The position numbers and the translations under genes were made by a program. 64,000 bases of DNA from Candidatus Methanoperedenaceae archaeon. GTDB taxonomy: Archaea > Halobacteriota > Methanosarcinia > Methanosarcinales > Methanoperedenaceae. Below, one piece after another: positions 31,112-42,018 of the stretch. A model generated the notes under the pieces. That model was not told the DNA's origin. It saw only the letters and a list, made by a program, of their open reading frames with translations, and did no database searches. Each line of letters starts with the position of its first letter. Position 1 is the stretch's first letter. The stretch lies in contig CAVWCX010000024.1 in the NCBI GenBank assembly GCA_963753595.1, forward strand, positions 32,001 through 96,000, given 5' to 3'.

Positions 31112-32998
31112 ATGAGAAATATCTTAAAACAAAACCTTTTTCAAAATCCTGTTTTGAAGGATATGGCCTGGATAGCAAGTATCGCTGTTATATATTTCAT
31201 TGTTGGAAACCTGAGCCTGGAATTATTATTTAAACCGGAAGGCATTGCTGCGGTCTGGCCGAATTCCGGTATTTTCCTTTCAGCCATCCTCTTAACACGG
31301 CGAAAACTTTTGCCCTATCTTATCGGGACGCTTTTTATAACCGATCTTATTATTGAAATGCTTGCCGGTTCACCGTTTAATGTGAGCTTTGTGTATGCAT
31401 TTGCCCTTACTTTTGACGCATCTTTAAGTGCCTGGCTTCTCACCAGGTTTACCGGAGGGCAGGTTACTTTTGACAGGGTAAAACATGTATTCGGATTTAT
31501 CGCCCTTTCAGTCATATTCAGTAATGCCCTGGCAGCAACTATTGCTTCGCTTGCCCCATATTTGCTCCTTGGCAAGTCCTTCTGGAATTCATGGATGTTG
31601 TGGTGGTCGTCGGACGCAGTCGGAAATTTATTAATTACCCCTTTTGTCCTGAGCCTGGCATCAATGGACATGGCCCGGTTATGGAAATCGGATATTAAAC
31701 GGACGGCTGAGGCGGTGATTTTTTTTGTATCTATCATAACTATAAATTTTTTTGCTTTGCAGAGGTTTGGGGGTAATATTGATTTATTCTCTGTCATTAA
31801 TTATTTGACTTTTCCATTCCTGATATGGGCAGCGATACGTTTTGGGATACGGGGAGTAACTTTTGCTTCAGTCGTCCTTACAGCTAATATCTTATATTTT
31901 ATCCTTCGAAGCCAAATCTTGCCTCTCAGCGGATCCATGTTAAACTCGGTAATTATGGTTCAATTGTACATAGCCATAATTTCAGCCTCATCCCTCATTC
32001 TGGCTTCAGTTTACACTGAACGCAGGCAGGCAGAACAGGAACTGCAAATTGCGCTCATAAAGTACAAAACGCTGTTTAACGCCTTCCCATTGGGGATTAC
32101 CGTGGCTGACCAGGCGGGTAATATCCTGGAAAACAACCAGATGGCTGAAAAACTGCTTGGCCTGTCACAGGAAGAACAACACCAGCGTAAGATTGATGGA
32201 AAAGAGTGGACTATCGTGAGACCGGATGGAACACCCTTAGAGGTCCAGGAATACGCCAGCGTCCGGGCACTCCGGGAAAATCGCATTGTGGAAAATATGG
32301 AGATGGGCATCGTAAAAGCCCGCAACGAGATCACTTGGATAAATGTCACCGCTGCCCCTTTGCCGCTGGATGGGCACAATGTGGTGATTACCTATAACGA
32401 CATTACCCGGCGCAAGCAGGCTGAAGCCGATCTGCATTTACTGAACGAGACTTTAAAGGCAGCACAGAACATGGCAAAAGTTGGATACTGGACATTTGAT
32501 ATTAAGACCAGAATGCCAATATGGTCTGAACAAATGTTCGTGGTTTTTGGATTGGACCCAAGAAATGGCGTGCCGCACTATGACGAGCACAGGAAGATCT
32601 GGCATCCCGATGACTGGGAACTGTTCAATAATTCAGTGCAAGAATGCGAAAAAGGCAAATCCTACAATATCGTAGTTCGCGTCATCTTCCCCGATAAATC
32701 TACACATTATATCAATACCCAGGGATTCCCCCGTTATAATGAGAAAGGCGAGATATACGAATTATTCGGAACTTCACAGGACATCACAGAGCACAAGATT
32801 GCGGAAGAAGAACTGCTAAAACACCGCGAACATCTCGAGGAACTTGTCAAAGAGCGCACCGCGCAAGTGAATCAGAAGAATGAAGAGCTTGAAAAGTTCA
32901 ACAAGTTCTTTGTAGGGCGTGAACTCAAGATGATAGAACTTAAAAAGAAGATAGCAGAGCTTGAGAAAAAGATCGCGTCACCTGTAAAGGAGGAATAA
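31112..32998 (+). CDS. MASE1 plus 2 PAS sensor with GREL tail
   Basis: VWPNSG, WWSSDAVG, PFLIWAAIRFG (MASE1); HPDD PAS; start MRNIL. Confidence 0.85.
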   Translation: MRNILKQNLFQNPVLKDMAWIASIAVIYFIVGNLSLELLFKPEGIAAVWPNSGIFLSAILLTRRKLLPYLIGTLFITDLIIEMLAGSPFNVSFVYAFALTFDASLSAWLLTRFTGGQVTFDRVKHVFGFIALSVIFSNALAATIASLAPYLLLGKSFWNSWMLWWSSDAVGNLLITPFVLSLASMDMARLWKSDIKRTAEAVIFFVSIITINFFALQRFGGNIDLFSVINYLTFPFLIWAAIRFGIRGVTFASVVLTANILYFILRSQILPLSGSMLNSVIMVQLYIAIISASSLILASVYTERRQAEQELQIALIKYKTLFNAFPLGITVADQAGNILENNQMAEKLLGLSQEEQHQRKIDGKEWTIVRPDGTPLEVQEYASVRALRENRIVENMEMGIVKARNEITWINVTAAPLPLDGHNVVITYNDITRRKQAEADLHLLNETLKAAQNMAKVGYWTFDIKTRMPIWSEQMFVVFGLDPRNGVPHYDEHRKIWHPDDWELFNNSVQECEKGKSYNIVVRVIFPDKSTHYINTQGFPRYNEKGEIYELFGTSQDITEHKIAEEELLKHREHLEELVKERTAQVNQKNEELEKFNKFFVGRELKMIELKKKIAELEKKIASPVKEE

Positions 32999-32999
32999 C

Positions 33000-34871
33000 A
33001 TGGATAATTTGACTGAATCAAAGAAGGTTATGGTAAAGCATCCACTTCGTATGGCTTTGACTGCCCCCTTCGTGATGATCATTATTGCGACTGTCGGGCT
33101 CACAGGTTATATCGCTTTTATAAATGGACAGGCAGCCGTAAACAATATAGTGGAACAACTTTTCTCCGAAATAGAGATTCGCGTGGAACAACACATGGAC
33201 AGTTACCTGGGCACCGCCTTTATGATCAACCAGTTAAACCTGAATTCAGTATTATCAGGACGGTCAAACAGCAGTGAACTGGAAGATTTGGCTCAAAATT
33301 ACTGGGAAAGGGGGCTATTGTTCCCGGGTTTCGGAACAATGGGTTTTGGAAATGACAAAGGTGAAATCGCCGGGTCTAACGATGTGAACAAAATAATGGT
33401 GATAGCCAATCAATCGCCAACAGGTATAGTCCTTCACCGCTATGCTGTTGGAGATGATGGGAAACGAACTGATAAAATAGTGAGCGAGACGCGAAATTAT
33501 GATGCCCGCACCAGGAGCTGGTATCAAACCGGTGTTAAGGCAAAACAGCCGGCATGGACTGAAATCAACGCTGCTCTGGCAGGACCATGGCTTGCCCTTT
33601 CGGCTGTGACGCCATATTATGGAAAGGATAATGGTCTTATTGGTGTATTTTATACCGATGTTCCACTTTTGCAAATAAACCAGTATCTACAAAATATAAC
33701 CATTAGCCCTCATGGACAGATGTTCATCATGGAGAACAATGGCTTAATTGTAGCATCGTCCACTCCCGAGCAGCCTTACCTCATCACAGGTGACCAGATA
33801 GAAAGGCTTAATGCATCTTCCAGTTCCCAGCCGCTGATCGCTTCTGCTGCGCGGTATCTCACGGGGCAGTTCGATGTGGGCAAAATACCCAACCATTACA
33901 AATCCTCTTTTGACTTCCAGGGAGAGAGACATTTTGTGCATGTCAATTCCTACAATGACGCGCGGGGGTTGGATTGGAAGATCGTAATGGTTGTTCCTGA
34001 GTCGGACTTTATGGCACAAATCACTCAAAACAATCGCAACACCCTTGTGTTCATCATTATATCAGCGCTTTTTTCAGTAATCGTATCGGCTCTCCTGGCT
34101 CGCCGTATCACTCGTCCGATAACAAATCTATCCCGATCCGCAAAAGCACTGGCCAATGGTGATTATGATCAAAAGCTGGAGATAAAAAGTGAGGATGAAT
34201 TAGGGGAATTGACTGGTGCCTTCAATGTCATGGCTGTAAAACTCAAGGAAAATACGGTCTCGCTGCAAGAAAGCGAAGAGCGCTTCCGTGCACTGGTTGA
34301 GCAGGCACCCGAAGCAATACTTGTTCTTGATTGTGATAATTTCATGTTCGTGGATGCCAATAAGAAAGCTGAGGAGCTGTTCGGATGCAGGCGCGAAGAA
34401 CTCCTCAAATCCGGGCCACAACAGTTCTATACCTCAAACCAGTTTGATGAGAAGCCAGTTTCCCAGACGATGCAGGAAAAAACACAACGGGCGCTTGCAG
34501 GAGAAACGGTGAGTTATGAGCGGCTAGTCAAAAGCACCGATGGCAAAGAACATTTATGCCAGGTGTGGCTGACGAGATTACCTTCTGCAGATCGAAAATT
34601 TGTCCGTATCAGTTATATTGATATTACCGAAAGCAAGCGGGCGGAAGAAGAAGTGCGAAAATACCGCGAACATCTCGAGGAACTGGTCAAAGAGCGCACT
34701 GCACAAGTGCATCAGAAGAATGAAGAGCTTGAAAAGTTTAACAAGTTCTTTGTGGGGCGTGAACTCAAGATGATAGAACTTAAAAAGAAGATAGCAGAGC
34801 TTGAGAAAGAGATAGGGGACCTGAAGAAATCTGTGGAAAATGATGTAAAGGAAGTGGGACACAATGATTGA
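33000..34871 (+). CDS. dCache-HAMP-PAS sensor with GREL tail
   Basis: 2 TM, YDARTRSWY (Cache), RPI...DELGELTGAFN (HAMP), PAS. Confidence 0.85.
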   Translation: MDNLTESKKVMVKHPLRMALTAPFVMIIIATVGLTGYIAFINGQAAVNNIVEQLFSEIEIRVEQHMDSYLGTAFMINQLNLNSVLSGRSNSSELEDLAQNYWERGLLFPGFGTMGFGNDKGEIAGSNDVNKIMVIANQSPTGIVLHRYAVGDDGKRTDKIVSETRNYDARTRSWYQTGVKAKQPAWTEINAALAGPWLALSAVTPYYGKDNGLIGVFYTDVPLLQINQYLQNITISPHGQMFIMENNGLIVASSTPEQPYLITGDQIERLNASSSSQPLIASAARYLTGQFDVGKIPNHYKSSFDFQGERHFVHVNSYNDARGLDWKIVMVVPESDFMAQITQNNRNTLVFIIISALFSVIVSALLARRITRPITNLSRSAKALANGDYDQKLEIKSEDELGELTGAFNVMAVKLKENTVSLQESEERFRALVEQAPEAILVLDCDNFMFVDANKKAEELFGCRREELLKSGPQQFYTSNQFDEKPVSQTMQEKTQRALAGETVSYERLVKSTDGKEHLCQVWLTRLPSADRKFVRISYIDITESKRAEEEVRKYREHLEELVKERTAQVHQKNEELEKFNKFFVGRELKMIELKKKIAELEKEIGDLKKSVENDVKEVGHND

Positions 34872-37728
34872 TCTGGAAAACGCAAGGAACGAACTTGTAA
34901 ATGCACTTGAACGGGTCAATGTGCACGATCATCTTTGTTTGATCTACGAATCACTTGAGGAACAGTTGGCAGCAGTCATACCTTTTTTCAAAAAAGGTTT
35001 AAAGGGCAATGAACAATGTGTATATATCGTTGATGACAACACTGCGCAGGCTGTTTTAGATGCAATGCGCGCCGAAGGCATTGAGGTTGGTTCTGCGATC
35101 GGATCCGGCGCATTGAAAGTTATTACAAAACGTGATTCATATCTAAAAGAGGGATATTTCGATCCCGATTCAATGATCCAATTTCTCAAAGAGGCTGTAG
35201 ATTCTGCAAAAAAAGCAGGTTTTCGTGCGCTTCGGGTTACAGGCGAAATGACTCAGGCGCTTGGTAACGATCCTGGCGATGAACGATTGATCGAATATGA
35301 GGCGAAACTGAATTATTTTGTTCATGAAAATGATGTCCTGATAATATGCCAGTACAACCGCAAACGTTTTTCTCCTGAGGTCATCATCAATGTGATCCGC
35401 ACTCATCCGTATGTAATTTATGGTTCTTTAGTGTGTGAAAACTTTTATTATGTCCCCCCTGATGAGTTCCTCGGGCCTAAAAACAGGCAAATTTCCATGG
35501 AAGTTGAGAGGCTGCTGAAAAATATCCAGGATTATGAACGTGCTGAGAAAAAGTTGCGGGAGGTTTCTTCATACACTCGAAGCCTCATCGAAGCAAGCCT
35601 TGATCCGCTCGTTACTATCAGCCTTGATGGCAAGATCACAGATGTGAATAAAGCCACTGAATTAGTGACAGGTGTATCCCGGGAGGAACTTATCGGCAAG
35701 GATTTCTCGGATTATTTCACAACGCCTGAAAAAGCAAGAAAAGGTTATCAGGAAGTATTCGAAAAAGGATTAGTCAGGGATTATCCGCTTGCTATTCGGC
35801 ATATCTCAGGAGGCTTAACTGATGTCCTGTACAATGCATCGGTGTATAGAGATGCTGCAGGTAATATTGCCGGTGTATTTGCAGCAGCAAGAGATATCAC
35901 CGAGCGAAAGAATGCACAAGAAGCACGCTTGCGGCTTGCCTCCATCGTAGAGTTTTCTGAAGATGGTATAATTGGCAAGACAATAGACGGTCTAATCGTG
36001 AGCTGGAATCCTGGTGCGGAGAAATTATACGGTTATAGTGAAAAAGAGGTTATCGGCAAACCGATCTCAATTCTCATTCCACCAGGTCATTTTGATGAAA
36101 TGCCGGCAATTCTTGAAAGAATAAAGTGCACAGAAACAATAGAACATTATGAAGCCGTCAGGATCAGGAAAGATGGAAAAAAGATCGATGTATCTTTAAC
36201 CATATCCCCGATCAAGGATGAAGAAGGCAGGATAGTAGGCGCCTCGACTATTGCCCGTGACATTACAGAAAAAAAGAAAATAGAGAAAAAGTTAAGAAAT
36301 GCATCATTATATGTCCGCAATCTGATCGAAGCGAGTCTTGATCCGCTTGTCACTATCAGCCCTGATGGCAAGATCACGGACGTGAATAAAGGAACAGAAT
36401 TAGTGACAGGTATATCTCGCGAGAAACTTATTGGTAAGGATTTCTCAGATTATTTCACGGAAAAGGACAAAGCAAGAAAAGGTTATCAGGAAGTATTCGA
36501 AAAAGGATTTGTCAGGGATTATCCGCTTGCTATCAGGCATAAATCCGGGAAAATCACAGACGTTCTCTATAATGCTTCCGTTTATAAGAACGAGGCTGGG
36601 GAGGTGGAGGGAGTTTTTGCAGCTGCAAGGGATATCACACAGAGAAAGCTGGCAGAAGAGCAGCTTCGAATAACTTCTCTCTATGCGCGGAATCTTATCG
36701 AAGCAAGTCTTGATCCTCTTGTGACAATCAGTCTTCAGGGTAAGATCATGGATGTTAATAATGCCACTGAACTTGTAACTGGTGTTCCTCGTGAAGAACT
36801 GATAGATAGCGATTTCACAAATTATTTCACTGAACCGGAAAAAGCAGGAAAAGGTTATCAGGAAGTGTTTGAAAAAGGATTTGTCAGGGATTATCCGCTT
36901 GCTATCAGGCATAAATCCGGGAAAATCACAGACGTTCTCTATAATGCTGCCGTGTATAAGAACGAGGCTGGAGAAGTGCAGGGAGTTTTTGCGGCTGCAA
37001 GAGACATAACAGAGCGCAAGAATGCTGAAAATGAACTGCGAAGGATTCGTGACGAATTAGAAATAAGGGTCAGGGAGAGAACTTCAGAACTCATGAAATC
37101 TCTCGCTGAAAAGGAGCTTCTGATAAAAGAAGTTCACCATCGCGTAAAAAACAACCTCCAGATCGTATCCAGTATGTTTGAGCTCCAATCAACATATATG
37201 AAGGATAAAAAGGCCATAATGGCATTCATGGAAGGCCGGAACCGGGTAGCTACAATGGCGCTTATACATGAAAAACTCTATAACTCAGGAGATCTTTCAA
37301 GGATCAGATTTGCCGAGTACATTGAAGAGCTGACATCAAATATTTTCTTTTCATATGGGGTCAATACAGAAAAAATAAAACTGAATATAAATGTCGGGGA
37401 TGTTTTTTTTGATATTAATACAGCGATACCCTGCGGGCTGATAATCAATGAACTTGTTTCTAATTCAATTAAACATGCTTTTACAGACAGGAATAATGGT
37501 GAAATAAACATTGAACTTCATCCTGAAAATAATGACAAATATCTTTTGAAGATCAATGATAATGGCAGGGGATTTCCTCCAGATCTGGATTTTCAAAAAT
37601 CAGATACTCTTGGACTGAAACTCGTAATCACCCTGACAAATCAACTTAACGGGACAATAGAGCTTGACAGGACCGCAGGCACAAAATTTACAATTATGTT
37701 TTCAGAATTAAAATATAAAGAGAGATGA
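34864..37728 (+). CDS. MEDS plus 4 PAS plus HisKA_2-type histidine kinase
   Basis: KEVHHRVKNNLQ, NELVSNSIKHAF, DNGRG, LGLKL; three near-identical EASLDPLVTIS PAS units. Confidence 0.92.
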   Translation: MIDLENARNELVNALERVNVHDHLCLIYESLEEQLAAVIPFFKKGLKGNEQCVYIVDDNTAQAVLDAMRAEGIEVGSAIGSGALKVITKRDSYLKEGYFDPDSMIQFLKEAVDSAKKAGFRALRVTGEMTQALGNDPGDERLIEYEAKLNYFVHENDVLIICQYNRKRFSPEVIINVIRTHPYVIYGSLVCENFYYVPPDEFLGPKNRQISMEVERLLKNIQDYERAEKKLREVSSYTRSLIEASLDPLVTISLDGKITDVNKATELVTGVSREELIGKDFSDYFTTPEKARKGYQEVFEKGLVRDYPLAIRHISGGLTDVLYNASVYRDAAGNIAGVFAAARDITERKNAQEARLRLASIVEFSEDGIIGKTIDGLIVSWNPGAEKLYGYSEKEVIGKPISILIPPGHFDEMPAILERIKCTETIEHYEAVRIRKDGKKIDVSLTISPIKDEEGRIVGASTIARDITEKKKIEKKLRNASLYVRNLIEASLDPLVTISPDGKITDVNKGTELVTGISREKLIGKDFSDYFTEKDKARKGYQEVFEKGFVRDYPLAIRHKSGKITDVLYNASVYKNEAGEVEGVFAAARDITQRKLAEEQLRITSLYARNLIEASLDPLVTISLQGKIMDVNNATELVTGVPREELIDSDFTNYFTEPEKAGKGYQEVFEKGFVRDYPLAIRHKSGKITDVLYNAAVYKNEAGEVQGVFAAARDITERKNAENELRRIRDELEIRVRERTSELMKSLAEKELLIKEVHHRVKNNLQIVSSMFELQSTYMKDKKAIMAFMEGRNRVATMALIHEKLYNSGDLSRIRFAEYIEELTSNIFFSYGVNTEKIKLNINVGDVFFDINTAIPCGLIINELVSNSIKHAFTDRNNGEINIELHPENNDKYLLKINDNGRGFPPDLDFQKSDTLGLKLVITLTNQLNGTIELDRTAGTKFTIMFSELKYKER

Positions 37729-37732
37729 TAAG

Positions 37733-38506
37733 ATGGTAAATGAAAAGATCCTGATCGTTGAAGACGAAGGCATTGTTGCCATGCATATACAGAACAGCCT
37801 GAAAAACCTGGGCTATAACGTTGTTGGTATAGCTTCTTCAGGTGAAGAAGCCATTGAAATGGCAAAAAAAAATCGCCCGGATATGGTGCTTATGGACATC
37901 GTATTAAAAGGGATGATAGACGGCATAGAAGCTGCAGACAACATCCGTAACAATTTTAATATCCCGACGGTCTTTCTTACAGCCTATGGTGATGAAAGCA
38001 CATTGAACAGGGCTAAAATAACCGAACCTTTTGGGTATTTGCTTAAACCATTTAAAGAACGGGACTTGCATATTGCCATTGAAATCGCTATATACAAGCA
38101 TAGAATTGAGTCCAGGTTAAAAGCAATAGACCGGTTCCTTTCCACTATACTGAAAAGCATAGGCGACGCAATTATTACCACTGATAAAAAGGGATTAATT
38201 ACGTTTTCTAATTCTGCTGCCGGAGGAATGACAGGATGGGATATGGAAGAAGCAGTAAATAAAAATATTACTGATATATTTAATATTGTCAATGAACGAA
38301 CACATGTTCCATTTGAAAATCTTGCGGACAGGATAATTCGTGATGGAGTTGATCTTGACCTTCCGCCAGATACAATACTAATTTCAAGGGATGGGAAAGA
38401 ACTACCTATTGAGGGAAGAGGAGCCCCCATGATGGATGAAAAAGGCGAAATTGAAGGTATGATATTTAGTTTCAGGGATATCACCGGTCGAGGGAAGATA
38501 AAATAG
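37733..38506 (+). CDS. REC-PAS response regulator
   Basis: VEDE, MDIVL, FLTAY, KPF, then PAS. Confidence 0.88.
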   Translation: MVNEKILIVEDEGIVAMHIQNSLKNLGYNVVGIASSGEEAIEMAKKNRPDMVLMDIVLKGMIDGIEAADNIRNNFNIPTVFLTAYGDESTLNRAKITEPFGYLLKPFKERDLHIAIEIAIYKHRIESRLKAIDRFLSTILKSIGDAIITTDKKGLITFSNSAAGGMTGWDMEEAVNKNITDIFNIVNERTHVPFENLADRIIRDGVDLDLPPDTILISRDGKELPIEGRGAPMMDEKGEIEGMIFSFRDITGRGKIK

Positions 38507-39169
38507 GAGCTAAATAAACACCGCTGATTTCTTGAAGAGATTTTTTTTCATCCTGACACTAATATTTATAGTCAAAAACCTAATTTATTTTACATATATC
38601 GTTATCATCTTGCGTCCTTTGAAGTGAATGATTTTTGTTCCCTTAAAGTTAGTTTTAATTGTTTGGTTTTTAACTATAATTCAACGGTCTCGCTTTTTAT
38701 GCTCCTCAATTTGTATTCTTGTCATTATAATTATCATTTTTTGTACCAAATATGTATATCAATAATTATGATTATACTAATCATTGACAAAAAGCGTCCG
38801 AGAAAAATGAGAATAAAATCCAGAGAAGATCATGACACAAAACCACACCGAAATGATAAATGAAAAGACTGAAAAAATAAATGAGGAGCAGGAACATAAT
38901 AAGGATAGAACAGGAAGATTTTTGCCCATCTTTTTCTGGACAGATTGAACACAATAAACGAAGGAAATTTATATGAATGAAAATGAAAAACAAAAAACTG
39001 ACAAACAAGATACGGATTCGAGGATCGCCCCGAAATCACTTGATACAGGTTCAAATGGACAGTTCCAGCAATACATGACTTTTTTTGGAATATACCATAT
39101 TCCGAAATAATTTTAAACTCCACTGCGGTCAATCAGATAGATATAATAACTATCTGAAAAATAGATGAG

Positions 39170-41818
39170 ATGACTGACATGGAGTTCAAAGAACACAGTT
39201 CAGCAAAAAATTTCATTGTATCCTCTATTTTCTGGCTCATACTGTTTACTACATTTGGTTTTATTGTTGCAATAAAATTTTTCGCCCCCGAATTCCTCGG
39301 GCAGATTTCAGTTCTCACCTTCGGCCGCATGCGCCCCATGCATGTGAACGGTGTGACGTTCGGATTCCTCTCAACCGGGCTTATAGGAATCGCTTATTAT
39401 ATCATCCCGAAGCTGTCAGGAACGAAATTGTACAGTGAAAAACTGGGGAATCTTACTGTTTTCCTGTGGAATATTGCCGTCACCTGTGGGACTGTACTCC
39501 TGGCGCTTGGATACACGCAGGCAAGGGAATATGCAGAATATATCTGGATAATCGATGTAGCAATAATCATCACGCTCTTATTGATCGGATATAATATTTT
39601 CAAGACTATCCAGAAAAGGACAGAAAGAAAATTGTACGCATCCACCTGGTATGTCATGGGAACATTCCTTTCGTTCCCCATCGTTTACTTCATCGGTAAT
39701 GTAATGTGGCATCCTGATACAGGTTCCCTGCAGGGAGCCGTGGATGGTGTTTTTAACTGGTTCTATGGGCATAATGTCCTGGGATTATGGTTTACAACAC
39801 TTGGAATTGCAGGATGGTACTATTTTATTCCAGTCATAACAAAACGTCCTCTTTACAGCCACCTGCTTTCAATGATCGGCTTTTTTTCAATAGTATTTGT
39901 CTATACAGGTGTTGGAGGACATCATCTTCTCCAGGCGCCCATTCCTGAATGGCTAAAGACCATAGCTATCGTGAATAGCGGCCTGATGATGGTGCCAGTA
40001 CTTGCTTTTATCACGAATATTCTTCTTACCATGCGCGGGAGATGGGATTGTTTTATCGAAAGTATTCCACTGCGTTTTATGCTTATTGGTGTGTTTTTGT
40101 ATTTTCTTGCCTCTTTGCAGGGTACTTTCCAGGCATTTCGCGAAACTAACATGTACCTGCACTTTAGCCAGTGGACTGTAGGACATGCCCATATTGCTCT
40201 CCTTGGGGGTTTTGGGTTCCTGGTTTTTGGCGCTGTATATTTCCTTATCCCCAGGGTCACAGGTAAGGAGATCTATTCAAACAGGCTCATGAGCTATCAT
40301 TTCTGGTTCACCTTTCTTGGTTTCATATCATTTTTCTCTATAATGACCATTATGGGCCTTATCCAGAACTCAGGCTGGTTCCAAAACATCTCTGTTGCAA
40401 CCGTATTGCTACAATTGAAGCCTTATTTCATAGCAAGAGCGCTTGCAGGCGGAGCAATAGTTGCAGGCCAGTATATATTTTTCTATAATATAATTATGAC
40501 TCTCAGGTCACCGGCCAGAGCAATTCCAGAGCCGTCCTTGGCAACGCCCAGGCCGGAAAGAAAATCACAAAAGGTTCAAAAATACAGGGAAAGCGCACCA
40601 CTTTTTGCGATCGGGGCGCTTGGGCTGTTCCTGACCATGTTTTTCATAGTTGTCATTCTTCCGTATCTTCTTATGAATTATCCCCCCTCAGAAATCTCTC
40701 ATCCTTATTCCGGCGACCAGGCACGAGGGCGTGAAATCTACAAAAGCAATGGCTGCCTGTATTGCCATTCCCAGTTCGTCCGCCAGCAGGACTCGGGCAT
40801 GGGAAGGACATCCCTGCCCGGGGATTATTTCTACGACCGCCCTCATCTTCTTGGAACAGAAAGAACCGGGCCTGACCTTGCCCAGATTGGCGGGCAAAGA
40901 CCCCCTTTATGGGATGTCATGCATCACAGGAACCCGCGCTCGGTAAGCCCCGGTTCCATAATGCCTAATTTCTCCTACCTCTCGGATCAGGACTTGCAGG
41001 ATCTTAAAGCCTATATAGACGGGCTCGGGAACCTTAACCTTGAAACACAGGATTTCCAGCCCCTTGTTCCTCAACTATATTCAGGGCGCCAGAACATCTA
41101 TAACGAAACGATCGCAAACGCTAATTCCAGCAACGAATCCATGACTGAATATGCCGGACTGGTAGCGGAAGGGAAAATCCTTTTTTCGCAGCGCTGCCTG
41201 CCATGCCATGGAGCATCCGGCAACGGGCAAGGCCCTTATGCGCGCCATGTTAACCAGCATCCTGCCAATCTTAATGACAGGATATCAAATTTCCCCGGGG
41301 TTGATTATAATTTCTGGCGTGTAATGGAAGGTGTCCCGGGAACAGCAATGCCGCCCTGGAAAATCTCGCTGACCGAAGACGCAATATGGAAGATAATCTC
41401 TTATGAAAAAACTTTCGTTGACGGGGTCGTAAGAGTCATTCCAGGAGATTATTCAGATAGTGAAGCAGAAGATTTCGGGAATCGGGGGATCAGATCACCT
41501 GTTGTCCAGAACGATACGAATTATACCGAAGGGATGAAACTGTTCAATCTCTACTGCGCGCAGTGCCACGGCATTGATGGGCAGGGTGATGGCCCGGCTT
41601 CTGTGTATATTAATCCCGAACCTGCAAACTTTACAGAGACAAATAATGATTTCAAGACGCAGGGACAGTGGTTCTGGAAAATAAGTGAAGGTGTGGAGAC
41701 TACAAACATGCCGCCCTGGAAATATGTACTGACCGAAGAAGACAGATGGAAAGTTATATATTATATACAGAAGAATTTTTCCGAACCAGGCATTTTTGAA
41801 GAGAAATGGAGGTCCTAA
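39170..41818 (+). CDS. Fused cbb3-type (C-family) heme-copper oxidase: CcoN-CcoO-dihaem cytochrome c
   Basis: GRMRPMHVN, WFYGHN, YTGVGGHH, WTVGHAH; GCLYCHSQ..GTERTGPDL..SIMP; CLPCH..AMPPW; CAQCH..NMPPW. Confidence 0.88.
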   Translation: MTDMEFKEHSSAKNFIVSSIFWLILFTTFGFIVAIKFFAPEFLGQISVLTFGRMRPMHVNGVTFGFLSTGLIGIAYYIIPKLSGTKLYSEKLGNLTVFLWNIAVTCGTVLLALGYTQAREYAEYIWIIDVAIIITLLLIGYNIFKTIQKRTERKLYASTWYVMGTFLSFPIVYFIGNVMWHPDTGSLQGAVDGVFNWFYGHNVLGLWFTTLGIAGWYYFIPVITKRPLYSHLLSMIGFFSIVFVYTGVGGHHLLQAPIPEWLKTIAIVNSGLMMVPVLAFITNILLTMRGRWDCFIESIPLRFMLIGVFLYFLASLQGTFQAFRETNMYLHFSQWTVGHAHIALLGGFGFLVFGAVYFLIPRVTGKEIYSNRLMSYHFWFTFLGFISFFSIMTIMGLIQNSGWFQNISVATVLLQLKPYFIARALAGGAIVAGQYIFFYNIIMTLRSPARAIPEPSLATPRPERKSQKVQKYRESAPLFAIGALGLFLTMFFIVVILPYLLMNYPPSEISHPYSGDQARGREIYKSNGCLYCHSQFVRQQDSGMGRTSLPGDYFYDRPHLLGTERTGPDLAQIGGQRPPLWDVMHHRNPRSVSPGSIMPNFSYLSDQDLQDLKAYIDGLGNLNLETQDFQPLVPQLYSGRQNIYNETIANANSSNESMTEYAGLVAEGKILFSQRCLPCHGASGNGQGPYARHVNQHPANLNDRISNFPGVDYNFWRVMEGVPGTAMPPWKISLTEDAIWKIISYEKTFVDGVVRVIPGDYSDSEAEDFGNRGIRSPVVQNDTNYTEGMKLFNLYCAQCHGIDGQGDGPASVYINPEPANFTETNNDFKTQGQWFWKISEGVETTNMPPWKYVLTEEDRWKVIYYIQKNFSEPGIFEEKWRS

Positions 41819-41820
41819 AA

Positions 41821-42018
41821 ATGCTTCCCGACCATGCTATGACAGACGCTGTGATGTCCATTGACCCTGCCGACTATACGATAATCCTGATTGCCAGTAT
41901 CATAATTCTCCTGGTATTTCCGGCTCTTCTTTATTGGGGCTGGAAAAAAGGCCAGTTCAAGGATATTGAAGATGCAAAATACAGGATGATAGAAATGGAG
42001 ACCGAAAATGCCCATTGA
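41821..42018 (+). CDS. ccoS: cbb3 oxidase maturation protein CcoS
   Basis: TM followed by WGWKKGQFKDIE..KYRM. Confidence 0.75.
   Translation: MLPDHAMTDAVMSIDPADYTIILIASIIILLVFPALLYWGWKKGQFKDIEDAKYRMIEMETENAH

Noticed and set aside
38520-39169. Short ORFs or an FNR-like box upstream of the oxidase
   Set aside because: The ORFs are low-complexity with no motifs, and I found no convincing TTGAT-N4-ATCAA site.
39170-40500. Nitric oxide reductase NorB
   Set aside because: It has the CcoN-type WFYGHN and the helix-VII Tyr, lacks the NOR HLWVE motif, and is followed by ccoS.
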